A DNA stretch of 63,149 bases, counting the filler, from Chrysochromulina tobinii (lineage: Eukaryota): NCBI GenBank assembly GCA_001275005.1. It is 8 parts of 8 records of this genome, joined end to end, with 100 filler letters (N's around TTAATTAATTAA, not from the genome) between each part and the next. Parts side by side here need not be neighbours in the genome. Positions count along the whole stretch, not along the records: positions 9,901 to 25,161 come from JWZX01000217.1; positions 25,262 to 38,668 come from JWZX01000218.1; 6 more parts are not named here. One strand, given 5' to 3'. Below, piece after piece: positions 23,264 through 33,467 of this stretch. The notes under the pieces are model-generated. The model had not been told where the DNA came from. It was given only the letters and a program-made list of their open reading frames with translations, and did not search any database. Made by a program: the position numbers and the translations under genes. Each line of letters opens with the position of its first letter. Position 1 is the stretch's first letter.

Positions 23264-24577
23264 ATGTCATCTCCTTCAATGAGTGGGAGTGACGATAAAC
23301 ATGTCGCCCCCACCGCCGTCCGCCTGGAGCAGACGTGGCGCTGGTACGGCCCGAACGACCCGGTCACGCTCAAGCACGTGAAGCAGGCCGGGGCAACGGG
23401 CGTTGTCACCGCGCTGCACCACGTGCCGATCGGCCAGGTCTGGACTGTCGAGGCCATCAAGCAGCGGATCGCCGAGGTGGAGAAGGAGGGCCTGACCTGG
23501 AGCGTCGTGGAGAGCGTGCCCGTGCACGAGTCGATCAAGCAGGGCCTTCCCGACCGCGACAAGTACATCGCCGCGTACCAGCAGTCCGTCAGGAACCTCG
23601 GTGCGTGCGGCTGCAACATCCTGTGCTACAACTTCATGCCGGTCATCGACTGGACCCGCACGGACCTCGAGTACGAGTGGTTCGACGGCTCGAAGGCGCT
23701 CGCATTCGACGCCAAAGATTTCGCCGCCTTCGAGCTCTTCATCCTCAATCGGCCGGGCGCTGCGAAGACGTACGACGCCGCCGCGACCAAGCGCGCGAAG
23801 GCGCACTTCGACGCGATGAGCGCGGAGAAGCGCCAGAAGCTGCAGCAGAATATCGTCGCGGGGATGCCGGGCAAGATGACGGAAGCGCACACGCTCGAGT
23901 CCTTCCAGGGCGCGCTCGATGCGTACAAGACGCTCGACGCCAACGCGCTTCGCGCCAACCTCGCCTACTTTCTGCGTGCGGTGGTGCCCGTGGCCGAAGA
24001 GGCGGGCGTGTACATGGCCATCCATCCAGACGACCCTCCATGCCCGCTGCTCGGGCTGCCGCGCGTGGTCTCGACGGACGCCGATGTGTGCGCGCTCCTC
24101 GCCGCCGCGCCCTCGACGCACAACGGCCTCACATTCTGCGTGGGCAGCTACGCATCGTCTCCGCTGAATGATGTCGAGGCGATGGCGGCGAATCATGCGG
24201 ACAAAGTCTTCTTTGTCCACCTGCGAAACGTGAGGCGCTCGGGGGAGGGTGCGCTGTGCAACTTTGTCGAGTCGGATCACCTCGATGGCGAGGTCGACAT
24301 GTACCAGATCCTCAAGACGTTCACGAAGGAGGCCGCACGTCGACGAAACCTTCAAATGGCCGAGGCGGTGTGCCGGATGCCCTTTCGACCCGACCACGGG
24401 CACCAGATGCTTGACGACCTCGATGAGGGCAAGAAGACGAACCCGGGGTACACGGCCATCGGCCGGCTGCGTGGGCTCGCCGAACTCCGTGGCCTGCAGG
24501 AGGCGATCGTGCGCCATGAAGAGGAGAAGCAACAGCTCGAGGCTGCCCCCATGCCCAAAAAGTCTCGTCGCAAGTGA
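23264..24577 (+). CDS. uxuA: Mannonate dehydratase
   Basis: EQTWRWYGPNDPV, WSVVESVPVHESIK, CYNFMPVIDWTRT, AIHPDDPP, FVHLRNV, RPDHGH, NPGYTAIGRLRGLAELRG. Confidence 0.95.
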   Translation: MSSPSMSGSDDKHVAPTAVRLEQTWRWYGPNDPVTLKHVKQAGATGVVTALHHVPIGQVWTVEAIKQRIAEVEKEGLTWSVVESVPVHESIKQGLPDRDKYIAAYQQSVRNLGACGCNILCYNFMPVIDWTRTDLEYEWFDGSKALAFDAKDFAAFELFILNRPGAAKTYDAAATKRAKAHFDAMSAEKRQKLQQNIVAGMPGKMTEAHTLESFQGALDAYKTLDANALRANLAYFLRAVVPVAEEAGVYMAIHPDDPPCPLLGLPRVVSTDADVCALLAAAPSTHNGLTFCVGSYASSPLNDVEAMAANHADKVFFVHLRNVRRSGEGALCNFVESDHLDGEVDMYQILKTFTKEAARRRNLQMAEAVCRMPFRPDHGHQMLDDLDEGKKTNPGYTAIGRLRGLAELRGLQEAIVRHEEEKQQLEAAPMPKKSRRK

Positions 24578-24735
24578 GCGCCATGGTGAGCATTCCCGCG
24601 GCGTGGAGTTAGCTCAGGGGGGTGATGTCTGTTTAGAGAGTAGAGTGTTCAGTTCGGCTGGGGGTGGTACAGCGATTGTCTTCACACTGTTCACGAAGAT
24701 GATTCACGAATAGGCTCTTTTAGGAACCAACTTCA

Positions 24736-25161
24736 ATGCCGCCATCCACCGCCCCTGGCGCACACGACGCCGGCATCGATTACGGCGAGATCGCTGCGGA
24801 TATCGCGGCCGACAACATGGCAGCTCACATCGCTGCCATGGCGGACCAAGAGATGGCGGCCTATCAACCCGCGTCGGAGATCCACAGGAGGCCAACGAAG
24901 TTCTGCAGTGGAGTTCCGCACAAGGGGGAACCTTGGCTCATGTCCTCACCTGTACCTCACTGGCAGCGCGGCGTGGTGGCAATTGGTGTGCGGAAGAGCC
25001 TTGCACCCGATGATAATGCTCTCATTGGTAGCGGCTGGATAGTTGATCTGGATCGTGGGCTCTTGTGCACCTGCGCCCACGTCGCTATCGATTGTTTCCA
25101 CGCATCGCCTTTGGACCCGAAGGATTACGGCCTTGCCATTGGCGTCGGCATCGGTGAGAGT
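24736..25161 (+). CDS. Trypsin-like serine peptidase domain protein; 3' partial
   Basis: IGSGWIVDLDRGLLCTCAHV (GSG plus catalytic-His TxAHV motif). Confidence 0.6.
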
Positions 25162-25261
25162 NNNNNNNNNNNNNNNNNNNNNNNNNNNNNNNNNNNNNNN
25201 NNNNNTTAATTAATTAANNNNNNNNNNNNNNNNNNNNNNNNNNNNNNNNNNNNNNNNNNNN
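25162..25261. other. Artificial contig linker
   Basis: N44-TTAATTAATTAA-N44. Confidence 0.99.
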
Positions 25262-25939
25262 TCACCGCTCCCACCGCTCCGCTTGCGTCACTTGCACTTC
25301 TCGCCCCCGCCCCGTCCACCTACAGAGCCACCACCACCGCAGCCGCCACGGTACCCGCCGCTCTCGCCCCCTCCGCCACGGCCCCCGCCGCGCTCGCCCC
25401 CGAGTCCCGATCCGCCGCTACCCTCGCCTCCACCACCCGCGCTGCCACCGGCGCTTCCCCCTAGGAGGCCGCCACCACCCTCATTGCCGCCGCCGTCGCC
25501 CACACAGCCACCACCATCACCGCCGCCACCGCCATCGCCCACACCACCACCACCGTCGATGCCTCCGCTAAGACCGCCGCCGTTATCGCCGCCACCGTCG
25601 TCGCCGCCTTCTCCTGAGCCATCGCCGCCTCCACCGCCGTTGCCCTCTCGACCGCCACCTCCGTCACCCTTGCCACCTGAACCATCTCCACCTCCATCCT
25701 CGCCGCCCGAGCCCCCCGTCATAGTGTGGACAGCCGTCTTCCTGCTGGTCGGCAGCCTGGGCGCCCTCATCACCGTGCTCTTCTTGGCACCTTTAAGTCA
25801 AGCGGCAATTGTCCTGCGGCGCTTTGCACTGCGTTATTTCCTATGCATCCCACAAGCGAAGACGTTCTCAGTCGAGGATGCATACCACGACCCACGGGCA
25901 GCAACGCCAACCAAGGTCACAGCAAAGTATATGATGTGA
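25262..25939 (+). CDS. C-terminal part of a Pro-rich (SPPP) membrane-anchored protein; 5' partial
   Basis: Long SPPP/PPP tract followed by the hydrophobic helix IVWTAVFLLVGSLGALITVLFLAPL. Confidence 0.55.
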   Translation, partial: SPLPPLRLRHLHFSPPPRPPTEPPPPQPPRYPPLSPPPPRPPPRSPPSPDPPLPSPPPPALPPALPPRRPPPPSLPPPSPTQPPPSPPPPPSPTPPPPSMPPLRPPPLSPPPSSPPSPEPSPPPPPLPSRPPPPSPLPPEPSPPPSSPPEPPVIVWTAVFLLVGSLGALITVLFLAPLSQAAIVLRRFALRYFLCIPQAKTFSVEDAYHDPRAATPTKVTAKYMM

Positions 25940-26366
25940 AGCTCGCCCACAGCGCGCTTTCTAGAACCAGTATGCAGTAAGCGCACAGGTCAATGCCGTG
26001 TGAATGCCCGGCCGCCCGCGGCACAAACGCCCAACCCGTACAAGAACCCGCTTTACATTTCGACAATAATTTAGTAAAATCAGCGCGAGCGCCTCTTACG
26101 ATCACGTCCAATTTGACCGCTTAAGGCTCTGGCTCTCCCTCACGCCTCAGAACTCCCTCAGTCTGCCCTCTCTCACCGAGTCCGCACAGTCGCGTGCCCC
26201 ACGCGTCGATAATCATCTCCAACCACAGTGTAGCACAAGCTCCATACGAGTACAGACTCCCGCAGACCACGCCCCGCGTGCCCCTCTCGGGTGGCATGAC
26301 CTCTGCACAGATCGGTCGTTGGCCCTCGGAACCCCCCACCCCACGCTCTTCGTCAGTCGACTCACA

Positions 26367-29300
26367 TCAATAGACGATGTGATGTACGCCCGAGTCGCCG
26401 CTCACTCCGATGGACGCAAGCCGGACGACCCAGACTTGATCGGCAGCCCACTCGATGGAAGGCGTCGCGCCTTCGTTCGACAGTGCGTCCATCGCGCTCA
26501 CGGTGGGGCGGCGTTGGCCGTCCGAGATGGTGCCGGGCAGGTAGAGCCACACAAGAGGCGCCGTGACGGCGCGGCCCGTGCCAAGGGCAAACTCGAGGAC
26601 GGAGGAGGAGGACGCGGCGGTGCTGGAAGTTTGGTGCCAGATGCGCACCTCGAGGCCGCACGAGCAGTGCACGTTACTCCCTATGTACTGTGCGCCAGCG
26701 CCGTCGGGCATGACGCGACGGATGGCGAGCAGCGAGCAGCATCGCGGCGGCACGGGCGGCGGCTGCAGCATCGCTGTCGCGTCATTATCGGAGAGGCGCG
26801 AGTAACTTCCCTCCCAGAAGTTGAAGACGTGCCACGTGGCGGCCGCTGCGGCCGGAATGGCTGGCTTGCGTACCGATACGGGCAGAGGCGCGTCGGTCGA
26901 CTCGGCAGCCTCGAGCAGAAAGCCCAGTGCCGCGCCGCCCGAACCGGGCACCGCCTGCTGATTAGACCAGTTGAAGAATGCCACGAGCCACCACTCGCCT
27001 AGGGTCGTGCACCCGGGGAGGGGCAGGTCGGCTTGCGTGAGCGGCAGCACGAGCTGTGTGGGAACCTCGTGAAGAAGCAGGTCAGCGGCGACGGCGGCGC
27101 GTGGCAGCGGCGGCAGGAGCGCTTGCAGGATCGCAAGGCGCGCGCCGGTCAGGTCCTCAGGCCGGTCTGAGAAGATAAGCGCGCCCGCCGAGAGCACGGC
27201 CATCGTCGAGAGCGCCTGCGCCTGCCCCGTGGTGAAGTCGGCGCCCGCGTCGCGTAAGATCAGGCAATCGGGGTCATTGCGCCATAGCCGGCCGCCCAAT
27301 TGCATGCGCACGGCCACGTTGCGCACCATGTTGCGCGCGGCGGGCATGTTGGTGCGGTCCGAGGTAAAGAGCGAGCGCACGAGGGGGAGGTCAGACACAC
27401 GAGGATACCAATGCGGCGCGGCGTCGGCGGAGACTCGCATTGCGTCCACATGCCCGATGCATGGGCCGAGGGGAGCGCCGCACCCGAGGATGAAGACGTG
27501 CTCACCCACCTCGGCGCGGATCGCCGCCATGAGGCGCCCGAGCAACTCCGCGCGCGAGGTGCTCGGATCGTGGCGCACGCCGCCCGGCATGGCCGCTGCA
27601 TGGAGGAAGTCCAACTTAAGGTACTCAAACCCCCATTCCCGAGTCGCGATCCCGACGACGCGCCGCACGTGCGCAAGGGCCCCTGGATGGGACACGTCGA
27701 GGGCGTGAAGCCAGATGCCCGGTGCGGTGTAGCCGCAGCGCAACGGTTTGGCGTTCGAATCCATGAGCACCCACTCCGGATGCTCCGCTAATAGTCGCGA
27801 GTCTGCTGTGAGGGCGGCAGGAGCCATCCATAGCCCGGGGGACATGCCAGCGGCCTTGATGGCCGCCGCAATCGGTGTGAGGCCATTGGGAAAGCGCTTC
27901 GAGTGTGGAAGGTCCCAATCGCCCCAGCACGACTGCCAGCCGTCATCGAGCTGCACGAGGTCGAGTGGTAGGGATCCGCTCGCTTTGGCTGCGCGCAGCT
28001 GAGCGACCGTATCGAGCATAAGGGAAGCACTCACGTTGGGCCCGTGGCAATACCACGAGCACCAGCCGCTCGGGGGGCGCCGAGGTGCAACGTAGGGCGG
28101 CAGAAGCGAGGTGGGGCGGCTGCCAAGACGGCTGAGGCGGCCGGCGGCACTCGCGCCGCTCCGAGCGGCGCTCACTCCGGAGAGCGCGGAGAGCGTGTCG
28201 AGGTACACCGCGCACTGGCGCAGGCCGATTAGGTGCGACGGATGCGCTTCGGACCCTTTAAAGGGCAGTATCATCGCCCAGTCGCTCGTGATGGTCGCAC
28301 TGGCCTTCGTGCCGTCGCCGGCGCCGCCGCTACGTGAAGTGACCAACACGGCGCGGTGCTCGGAAAAGAGCTCGGCGCGGGGCGGGAGAGAGTGCACTGC
28401 GCGCACGCCGCCCGCTCCGCGCCGCGCGGTGACGAAGCCGAGCAGCACTCCCGTCCCCTTGCCATGCCGAGGCATCACCACGCTGTACAAGTCGCTCACG
28501 AGCTCGTTCCCACCGCCCTGCTGCGGCGGTGGCGGCGGCGTCGCGCCGGTGTGGAAGGCGGCTGAGAAGTACGGAAGAGGCGTGCGTGGTTGCGCTTCGA
28601 GCCCTGCAAGCGCGCCGCTAAACGAAAAGGTTTGCCAGCCATTGATGAGCACAGTGGTGAGGCTCTCGCACGACCGGCTCCGCCACCATAGCCCTCCCAT
28701 CGCCGCGGAGAGTGCCGCGAGCGCCGTCGGCGCACGCGCGCACAGCGCAGCCACGCTGGAGACGGTCGGCGAGAGCTCTGCAAACGCGACGAGTCGCGCG
28801 AGGGCGGCCGGTGCGATGGCACCGGTGAGTGCCGCTGTCGCGGTCGACAGGGTGGCGAGGGCGAGGGCGGTGCGCACACTGGTGGTGGCGGGTTTGGTAG
28901 CTGGGGATGCGCCTGCCGCCGCGGCCGCAGCGGCGATGCAGTCGTCGAGGTCAACAGAGGCCAAAGAAAGGTGCTCAAGCACTGCGCCACTCTCCGCCGC
29001 CGCCGCCTCCGCCGCCGCGCCGCCGCCGCCGCCCACCCCTAATGGCGTCAGCTGCAGCTGTAACAGCGCGCCGCGCGCATACGGCACGATCAGCAGCACC
29101 CACTCTAGTGGCGGGCAGCCTCCCTCCGACGCGCCCAAACCCACTGTGCCACTGAGCGCAAGCGCAGCAGCCTCTTGGGAGGTGCTCCTGGTACTCGTGC
29201 TGCTGGTGCCCCCGGTGCTGCTGCCCCCGGCGAGCTCACCCGGGAGCTCAACGAGCCGCTCCTCCTGCTTCGCGGTGGCCAGCGACAGCCGGAGCGCCCA

Positions 29301-30185
29301 CACCTTGCCGCGCGTCGTGCCGTGCAGCACGGGCGCGCGCACGAGGACAATGCCGCCCGAGTGCTTGAGGGTCCACGCGTCGTCCCGAGCGCCAACGCGC
29401 GACGAAACTCGAAGACCGAGATCGCGATCTCGCCCGGCCTCGAGGCCGAGATCGGGCTCCACTTTCTCGAGATCCACCACCGCGAGCGCGACGTCAAGAT
29501 CCTCCTCCTCCTCCTCCTTCTCGAATTGGCCCAGGACCAAGAAGTCGTGCGCCACCACCCCGTCAGGTATCCGTCCCGGTGGACTCGCACCGGAAGGCAT
29601 CCGTCCGGGCATCCGCGTGCCACTGCCACTGCGGCTGAGCTTGCTGCGGCCGCCGGCCGCGACAACACGCGTGCTTTCCGGCTCGGGCATCGCCGCCACC
29701 GCTACCGCATCTGCCACCGTTGCGGGCTTGCCCACACTTGCCGCCGCGCCAGCTGTCCCCTGCTCGAGCATCTCCTTGATGAGGCCTGCCTCGGGAGTGC
29801 GCGGTGGTGCCAAGGAGGCGACGACCGACATGAAGCCCTTGCCGAACCTCTCCACTTCCTTGCCGATGCTGTCGCCCGCGACGGCCAGGCCCTTGTCGAA
29901 GCCCTTGCCGAGCTTCTCCACTTCCTTGCCTAGCTTCTCCACCTCCTTGCCAATACCGCCCCCTGCGTCGGTCAGGCCCTTGTCAATCATATCGATGCCC
30001 TTCTCCACGGCATCGACCTGGCCGCGCACTCCTCTGGCCATCTCACGCAGCAAGTTGGCCATCGGGTCGGGGTCAACGTCCCAGGTCACCATGTCACCGT
30101 TGGCCCTTTTTTTGAGGCCAACGCTCTTGTAGTAATCGGCGGGAAGGAGGCTACCGTATGCGCCCTCCAGTCCAAAGTCTGCCAT
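26367..30185 (-). CDS. Alpha-galactosidase, GH36 family, with long N-terminal extension
   Basis: PSGWCSWY, VQLDDGWQ, GLWMAP, YLKLDF (nucleophile), RVSAD (acid/base), WRNDPDCL. Confidence 0.88.
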   Translation of the reverse strand: MADFGLEGAYGSLLPADYYKSVGLKKRANGDMVTWDVDPDPMANLLREMARGVRGQVDAVEKGIDMIDKGLTDAGGGIGKEVEKLGKEVEKLGKGFDKGLAVAGDSIGKEVERFGKGFMSVVASLAPPRTPEAGLIKEMLEQGTAGAAASVGKPATVADAVAVAAMPEPESTRVVAAGGRSKLSRSGSGTRMPGRMPSGASPPGRIPDGVVAHDFLVLGQFEKEEEEEDLDVALAVVDLEKVEPDLGLEAGRDRDLGLRVSSRVGARDDAWTLKHSGGIVLVRAPVLHGTTRGKVWALRLSLATAKQEERLVELPGELAGGSSTGGTSSTSTRSTSQEAAALALSGTVGLGASEGGCPPLEWVLLIVPYARGALLQLQLTPLGVGGGGGAAAEAAAAESGAVLEHLSLASVDLDDCIAAAAAAAGASPATKPATTSVRTALALATLSTATAALTGAIAPAALARLVAFAELSPTVSSVAALCARAPTALAALSAAMGGLWWRSRSCESLTTVLINGWQTFSFSGALAGLEAQPRTPLPYFSAAFHTGATPPPPPQQGGGNELVSDLYSVVMPRHGKGTGVLLGFVTARRGAGGVRAVHSLPPRAELFSEHRAVLVTSRSGGAGDGTKASATITSDWAMILPFKGSEAHPSHLIGLRQCAVYLDTLSALSGVSAARSGASAAGRLSRLGSRPTSLLPPYVAPRRPPSGWCSWYCHGPNVSASLMLDTVAQLRAAKASGSLPLDLVQLDDGWQSCWGDWDLPHSKRFPNGLTPIAAAIKAAGMSPGLWMAPAALTADSRLLAEHPEWVLMDSNAKPLRCGYTAPGIWLHALDVSHPGALAHVRRVVGIATREWGFEYLKLDFLHAAAMPGGVRHDPSTSRAELLGRLMAAIRAEVGEHVFILGCGAPLGPCIGHVDAMRVSADAAPHWYPRVSDLPLVRSLFTSDRTNMPAARNMVRNVAVRMQLGGRLWRNDPDCLILRDAGADFTTGQAQALSTMAVLSAGALIFSDRPEDLTGARLAILQALLPPLPRAAVAADLLLHEVPTQLVLPLTQADLPLPGCTTLGEWWLVAFFNWSNQQAVPGSGGAALGFLLEAAESTDAPLPVSVRKPAIPAAAAATWHVFNFWEGSYSRLSDNDATAMLQPPPVPPRCCSLLAIRRVMPDGAGAQYIGSNVHCSCGLEVRIWHQTSSTAASSSSVLEFALGTGRAVTAPLVWLYLPGTISDGQRRPTVSAMDALSNEGATPSIEWAADQVWVVRLASIGVSGDSGVHHIVY

Positions 30186-30481
30186 AATGCGGTGCGGTGC
30201 TGTGCGGTGAGGATGGTCCGAGCAAGAAAAGGTGTGCTGGTCGCGTTCGTGTGCTCTCTGACGTGAGTCCTGGCACCGCGCGAGGCTCACAAACTCGCGG
30301 GCCTCCTGGTGACCCTTTGTTGAGAGGTCTGCAGCGATCGCCTGCCAAATTTGGTCAGACAGTCGCTCACCACAAAGTTCAAGTCAAGTGAAGTCGTTGT
30401 ATCAAGTGACTTGAACGTCCCGAAGGACGGCTCCGCCCCCGGTCTACTCAAGTACGGAGTTTGGTGCTCCTGTTTGCCGTG

Positions 30482-31096
30482 TCAAACCTCTTCACATTTT
30501 GCGGGCAACCCCCTTTGCGGGCAAACCCCATACAGAAGCAGCACGCACGCAAGCGCCGAGGCGAGCACGTGCACGCAAAGCAGATGCACCCAAACGGCCC
30601 GGGTGTAAGCCCAGCGCCGCGCAGCCGTCCCCGCCTTGGTCGGGGCCAAGCACCCGGACGAGCTCTCCGACAAAGGGCTGCTCTCAGAGTTGCTCATCAT
30701 GCCACCCGTCGGCGTTCGCTGTAGCTGAAAATAGTACAGCGTCTCGTTCGTCGTAAAGATGATGCCGATCACAGCAAGTCCACCAAAGTACGTGACCGTC
30801 CATTCTGGGCTGCGCGTGGACACGATTGCCATCCAGCTGCCAATGGCAACTACAGAGGCTACGGCAGAGTAGTCGGCCTTGCGCCTCCACGAGGAGAATC
30901 GTGGCGAGTACCAGTGTAGCAGCGACGTGATCCAGCAAAAGATGGCGGCTCCGCCGAGTGGCCATGCGCCACGTGTAAAGGCGAGAGCCGCGGTTCCAAT
31001 CATTAGATTCGACGAGACCAGCAGCGGCCGTGCGATGCTGTCAGGGATGATCACGTCGGGATCATCTTCCACATGGAGATGAAACAGCGGGATCAT
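30482..31096 (-). CDS. Small multi-pass membrane protein
   Basis: ATG-started 204-aa ORF with about 5 hydrophobic segments and an SLLHW...RKADY motif. Confidence 0.6.
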   Translation of the reverse strand: MIPLFHLHVEDDPDVIIPDSIARPLLVSSNLMIGTAALAFTRGAWPLGGAAIFCWITSLLHWYSPRFSSWRRKADYSAVASVVAIGSWMAIVSTRSPEWTVTYFGGLAVIGIIFTTNETLYYFQLQRTPTGGMMSNSESSPLSESSSGCLAPTKAGTAARRWAYTRAVWVHLLCVHVLASALACVLLLYGVCPQRGLPAKCEEV

Positions 31097-31492
31097 CCTC
31101 CACCACGAAGCGCGAGGTATCAGGAATCAGCACACCGAAGCGTCGGCACTAAACGTTGCGATCCCACAGGGGTGTTAACAGGGTGTGAGGGCACTATGCA
31201 AGTCAAGTCAAGTCAAGTCAAGTTTTGACACGCAGAGAGGGCCGTTTCAGAACTTGTTGAGGAATCCTATAAAGACTTCGCGTGTTCGATCTTAGAATCT
31301 AAGTCTTAGTTCGATCGAGGTACCCAGGGTCCCCGTCGAGTACTTTGCCCGGCATCCGGCCTAGCACCGGCACCCCACAGCGCGGCGCTCCGGCGGCCCC
31401 CGTCACGGCGGGGGGCCCGTCGCGTACATTGTCGTTACATTGACACGACTGCATGTGATCTTTCTTGGATTTTAACTTGGATTGTGATCTTT

Positions 31493-32701
31493 TCAACGAA
31501 CAGAAATGCGAGCCTTAGATTCGACGCTCTTGTGGGGCTCAGCACCGTCCACGGCATGCAGCAGCCTGTCCAGCCAGAAGGGCAGATAGATCCTCGTCCA
31601 CTCCAAGTTCGCATCGAGGTGTAGGCGCACCCACTCGGTCTCGAGGAAGGCGGGCGTTACATTGGCCCAGTCGCGCACGCGCACGACGGGCAGAGTCTCC
31701 CACATTTGTTCGAGCTCCGCGTGGTAGTCAACGAGCGGAACCGCGCCCGCCAGCAGCGCCTCCCAGTCTCGGTGATTGTTCATGCCCATGCCCTGTGGCG
31801 AGAAGACGAATTTGGACTCCAGCAGCCGGTCCATGTAGGCGGTCCGGGTGTTGCCGCACTCCTTGGCGTGCGTTTTGCATTCGAAGCCCTTCTGCGCAAG
31901 AAGGTCCATCTTTCGCTGCCGCCCCGGGCGCCGCGGGTGGAAGCACATGCACATCAGCAGCTGCGGCCGCTCTCTTCGGAGCTGCCGCATGCTGTTCCTC
32001 AGCACCTGCCACCAGCGCGGCGTGTTTTGAACTCCTCGAGGATAGGCGTGCACCTTCGGGTGCTGGATTCGTGGATTGTTCACGAACCAGGCGGCCACGG
32101 TGCCAGGCTGGTCGAGCACTGGGGTCGCCTTCGTCGTTGGCAGCGGCACATCCCCTACCTCGACGACTGTCATCGGCACGCGCAGCGACGACTTCGACTG
32201 TGCAAGCAGCGACAAGAGGGGAGGCTCTTGCTTGCCGTTGCCATGTAGCACCGCGAGCGTTGGACGCTGCGAGCCGCTCGTCGCTGCTGGCGTTGGCGGC
32301 GGAGTCTCGAGCGCCTCGCGGCCATGGAGCATTCCGACATCCGCAAACTGGAGATCCGTGTTGGCGCTGAGCAGCACGCCGGGCTCGGTCTCCAAGCCCA
32401 GTACCATTTCTTGCGACGAGTTCTTCATTTGCTCACGCCACCACTCGCTGCGTGTCGCTCGGCTGCTCCACGTTGCCTCCATGCAGCACCGGAAGCAGCC
32501 TTGGACCTGTTCGTGCGTGCTGGTCCACGCAGGCACTCTGCTGCGCAGACAGCCCGACCGGCGCCAGTGCGCAGCATGGCTTGCGGAGCAATCAGCCGGC
32601 GCGGTGAGCTCGCCACGAAGGCAGGCTTCAATCGCCGTCGTCGCGTGCACCACAGTCCTGACGGCCGGCGAGAGATTTGGCGCCATGCGACATCGCTTCA
32701 C
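31493..32701 (-). CDS. Exostosin/GT47-like domain protein
   Basis: SKFVFSPQGMGMNNHRDWEALLAGAVP and LPVVRVRDW resemble the exostosin-family C-terminus; start uncertain. Confidence 0.65.
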   Translation of the reverse strand: MKRCRMAPNLSPAVRTVVHATTAIEACLRGELTAPADCSASHAAHWRRSGCLRSRVPAWTSTHEQVQGCFRCCMEATWSSRATRSEWWREQMKNSSQEMVLGLETEPGVLLSANTDLQFADVGMLHGREALETPPPTPAATSGSQRPTLAVLHGNGKQEPPLLSLLAQSKSSLRVPMTVVEVGDVPLPTTKATPVLDQPGTVAAWFVNNPRIQHPKVHAYPRGVQNTPRWWQVLRNSMRQLRRERPQLLMCMCFHPRRPGRQRKMDLLAQKGFECKTHAKECGNTRTAYMDRLLESKFVFSPQGMGMNNHRDWEALLAGAVPLVDYHAELEQMWETLPVVRVRDWANVTPAFLETEWVRLHLDANLEWTRIYLPFWLDRLLHAVDGAEPHKSVESKARISVR

Positions 32702-32860
32702 ACAGGGCGAACTTTCGGGTTTGCCCCGACGTCGTTCTGGCTTTCAATTTTACCAGAGACAAACAGTTAAGGCCTAGAGTAGGGAGCCAGCGGGTGCAGG
32801 GAGCGCGCGCGCCTTAGGAGAACTATGCAGGGCGTTTAGGGAATGATGATTGTATAGAAG

Positions 32861-32887
32861 GGGTGGTGTTAAAAAACACCGGGTTTT
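32861..32887 (-). promoter_or_regulatory. Histone mRNA 3' stem-loop
   Basis: AAAACCC-GGTGTT-TTTT-AACACC-ACCC about 33 nt after the H3 stop: 6-bp stem, 4-nt U loop, ACCC tail. Confidence 0.75.
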
Positions 32888-32913
32888 GGTTGAAGCCACA
32901 GAAGTGGGCATGC

Positions 32914-33369
<456 letters not shown>

Positions 33370-33467
33370 CTACCAAACCGCCGCCCACCCCCTCCTGGAC
33401 TCCGCAAAACACACACCGAACGCTGGCTCGGCGAGCCTCCCTCGTCTGCCTTTGCCCCCCTCCTCCC

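Noticed and set aside
23264..32701. Apparent carbohydrate-metabolism cluster (uxuA, GH36, GT47-like)
   Set aside because: uxuA is on a different contig from the other two, and GH36/GT47 proximity alone is weak evidence
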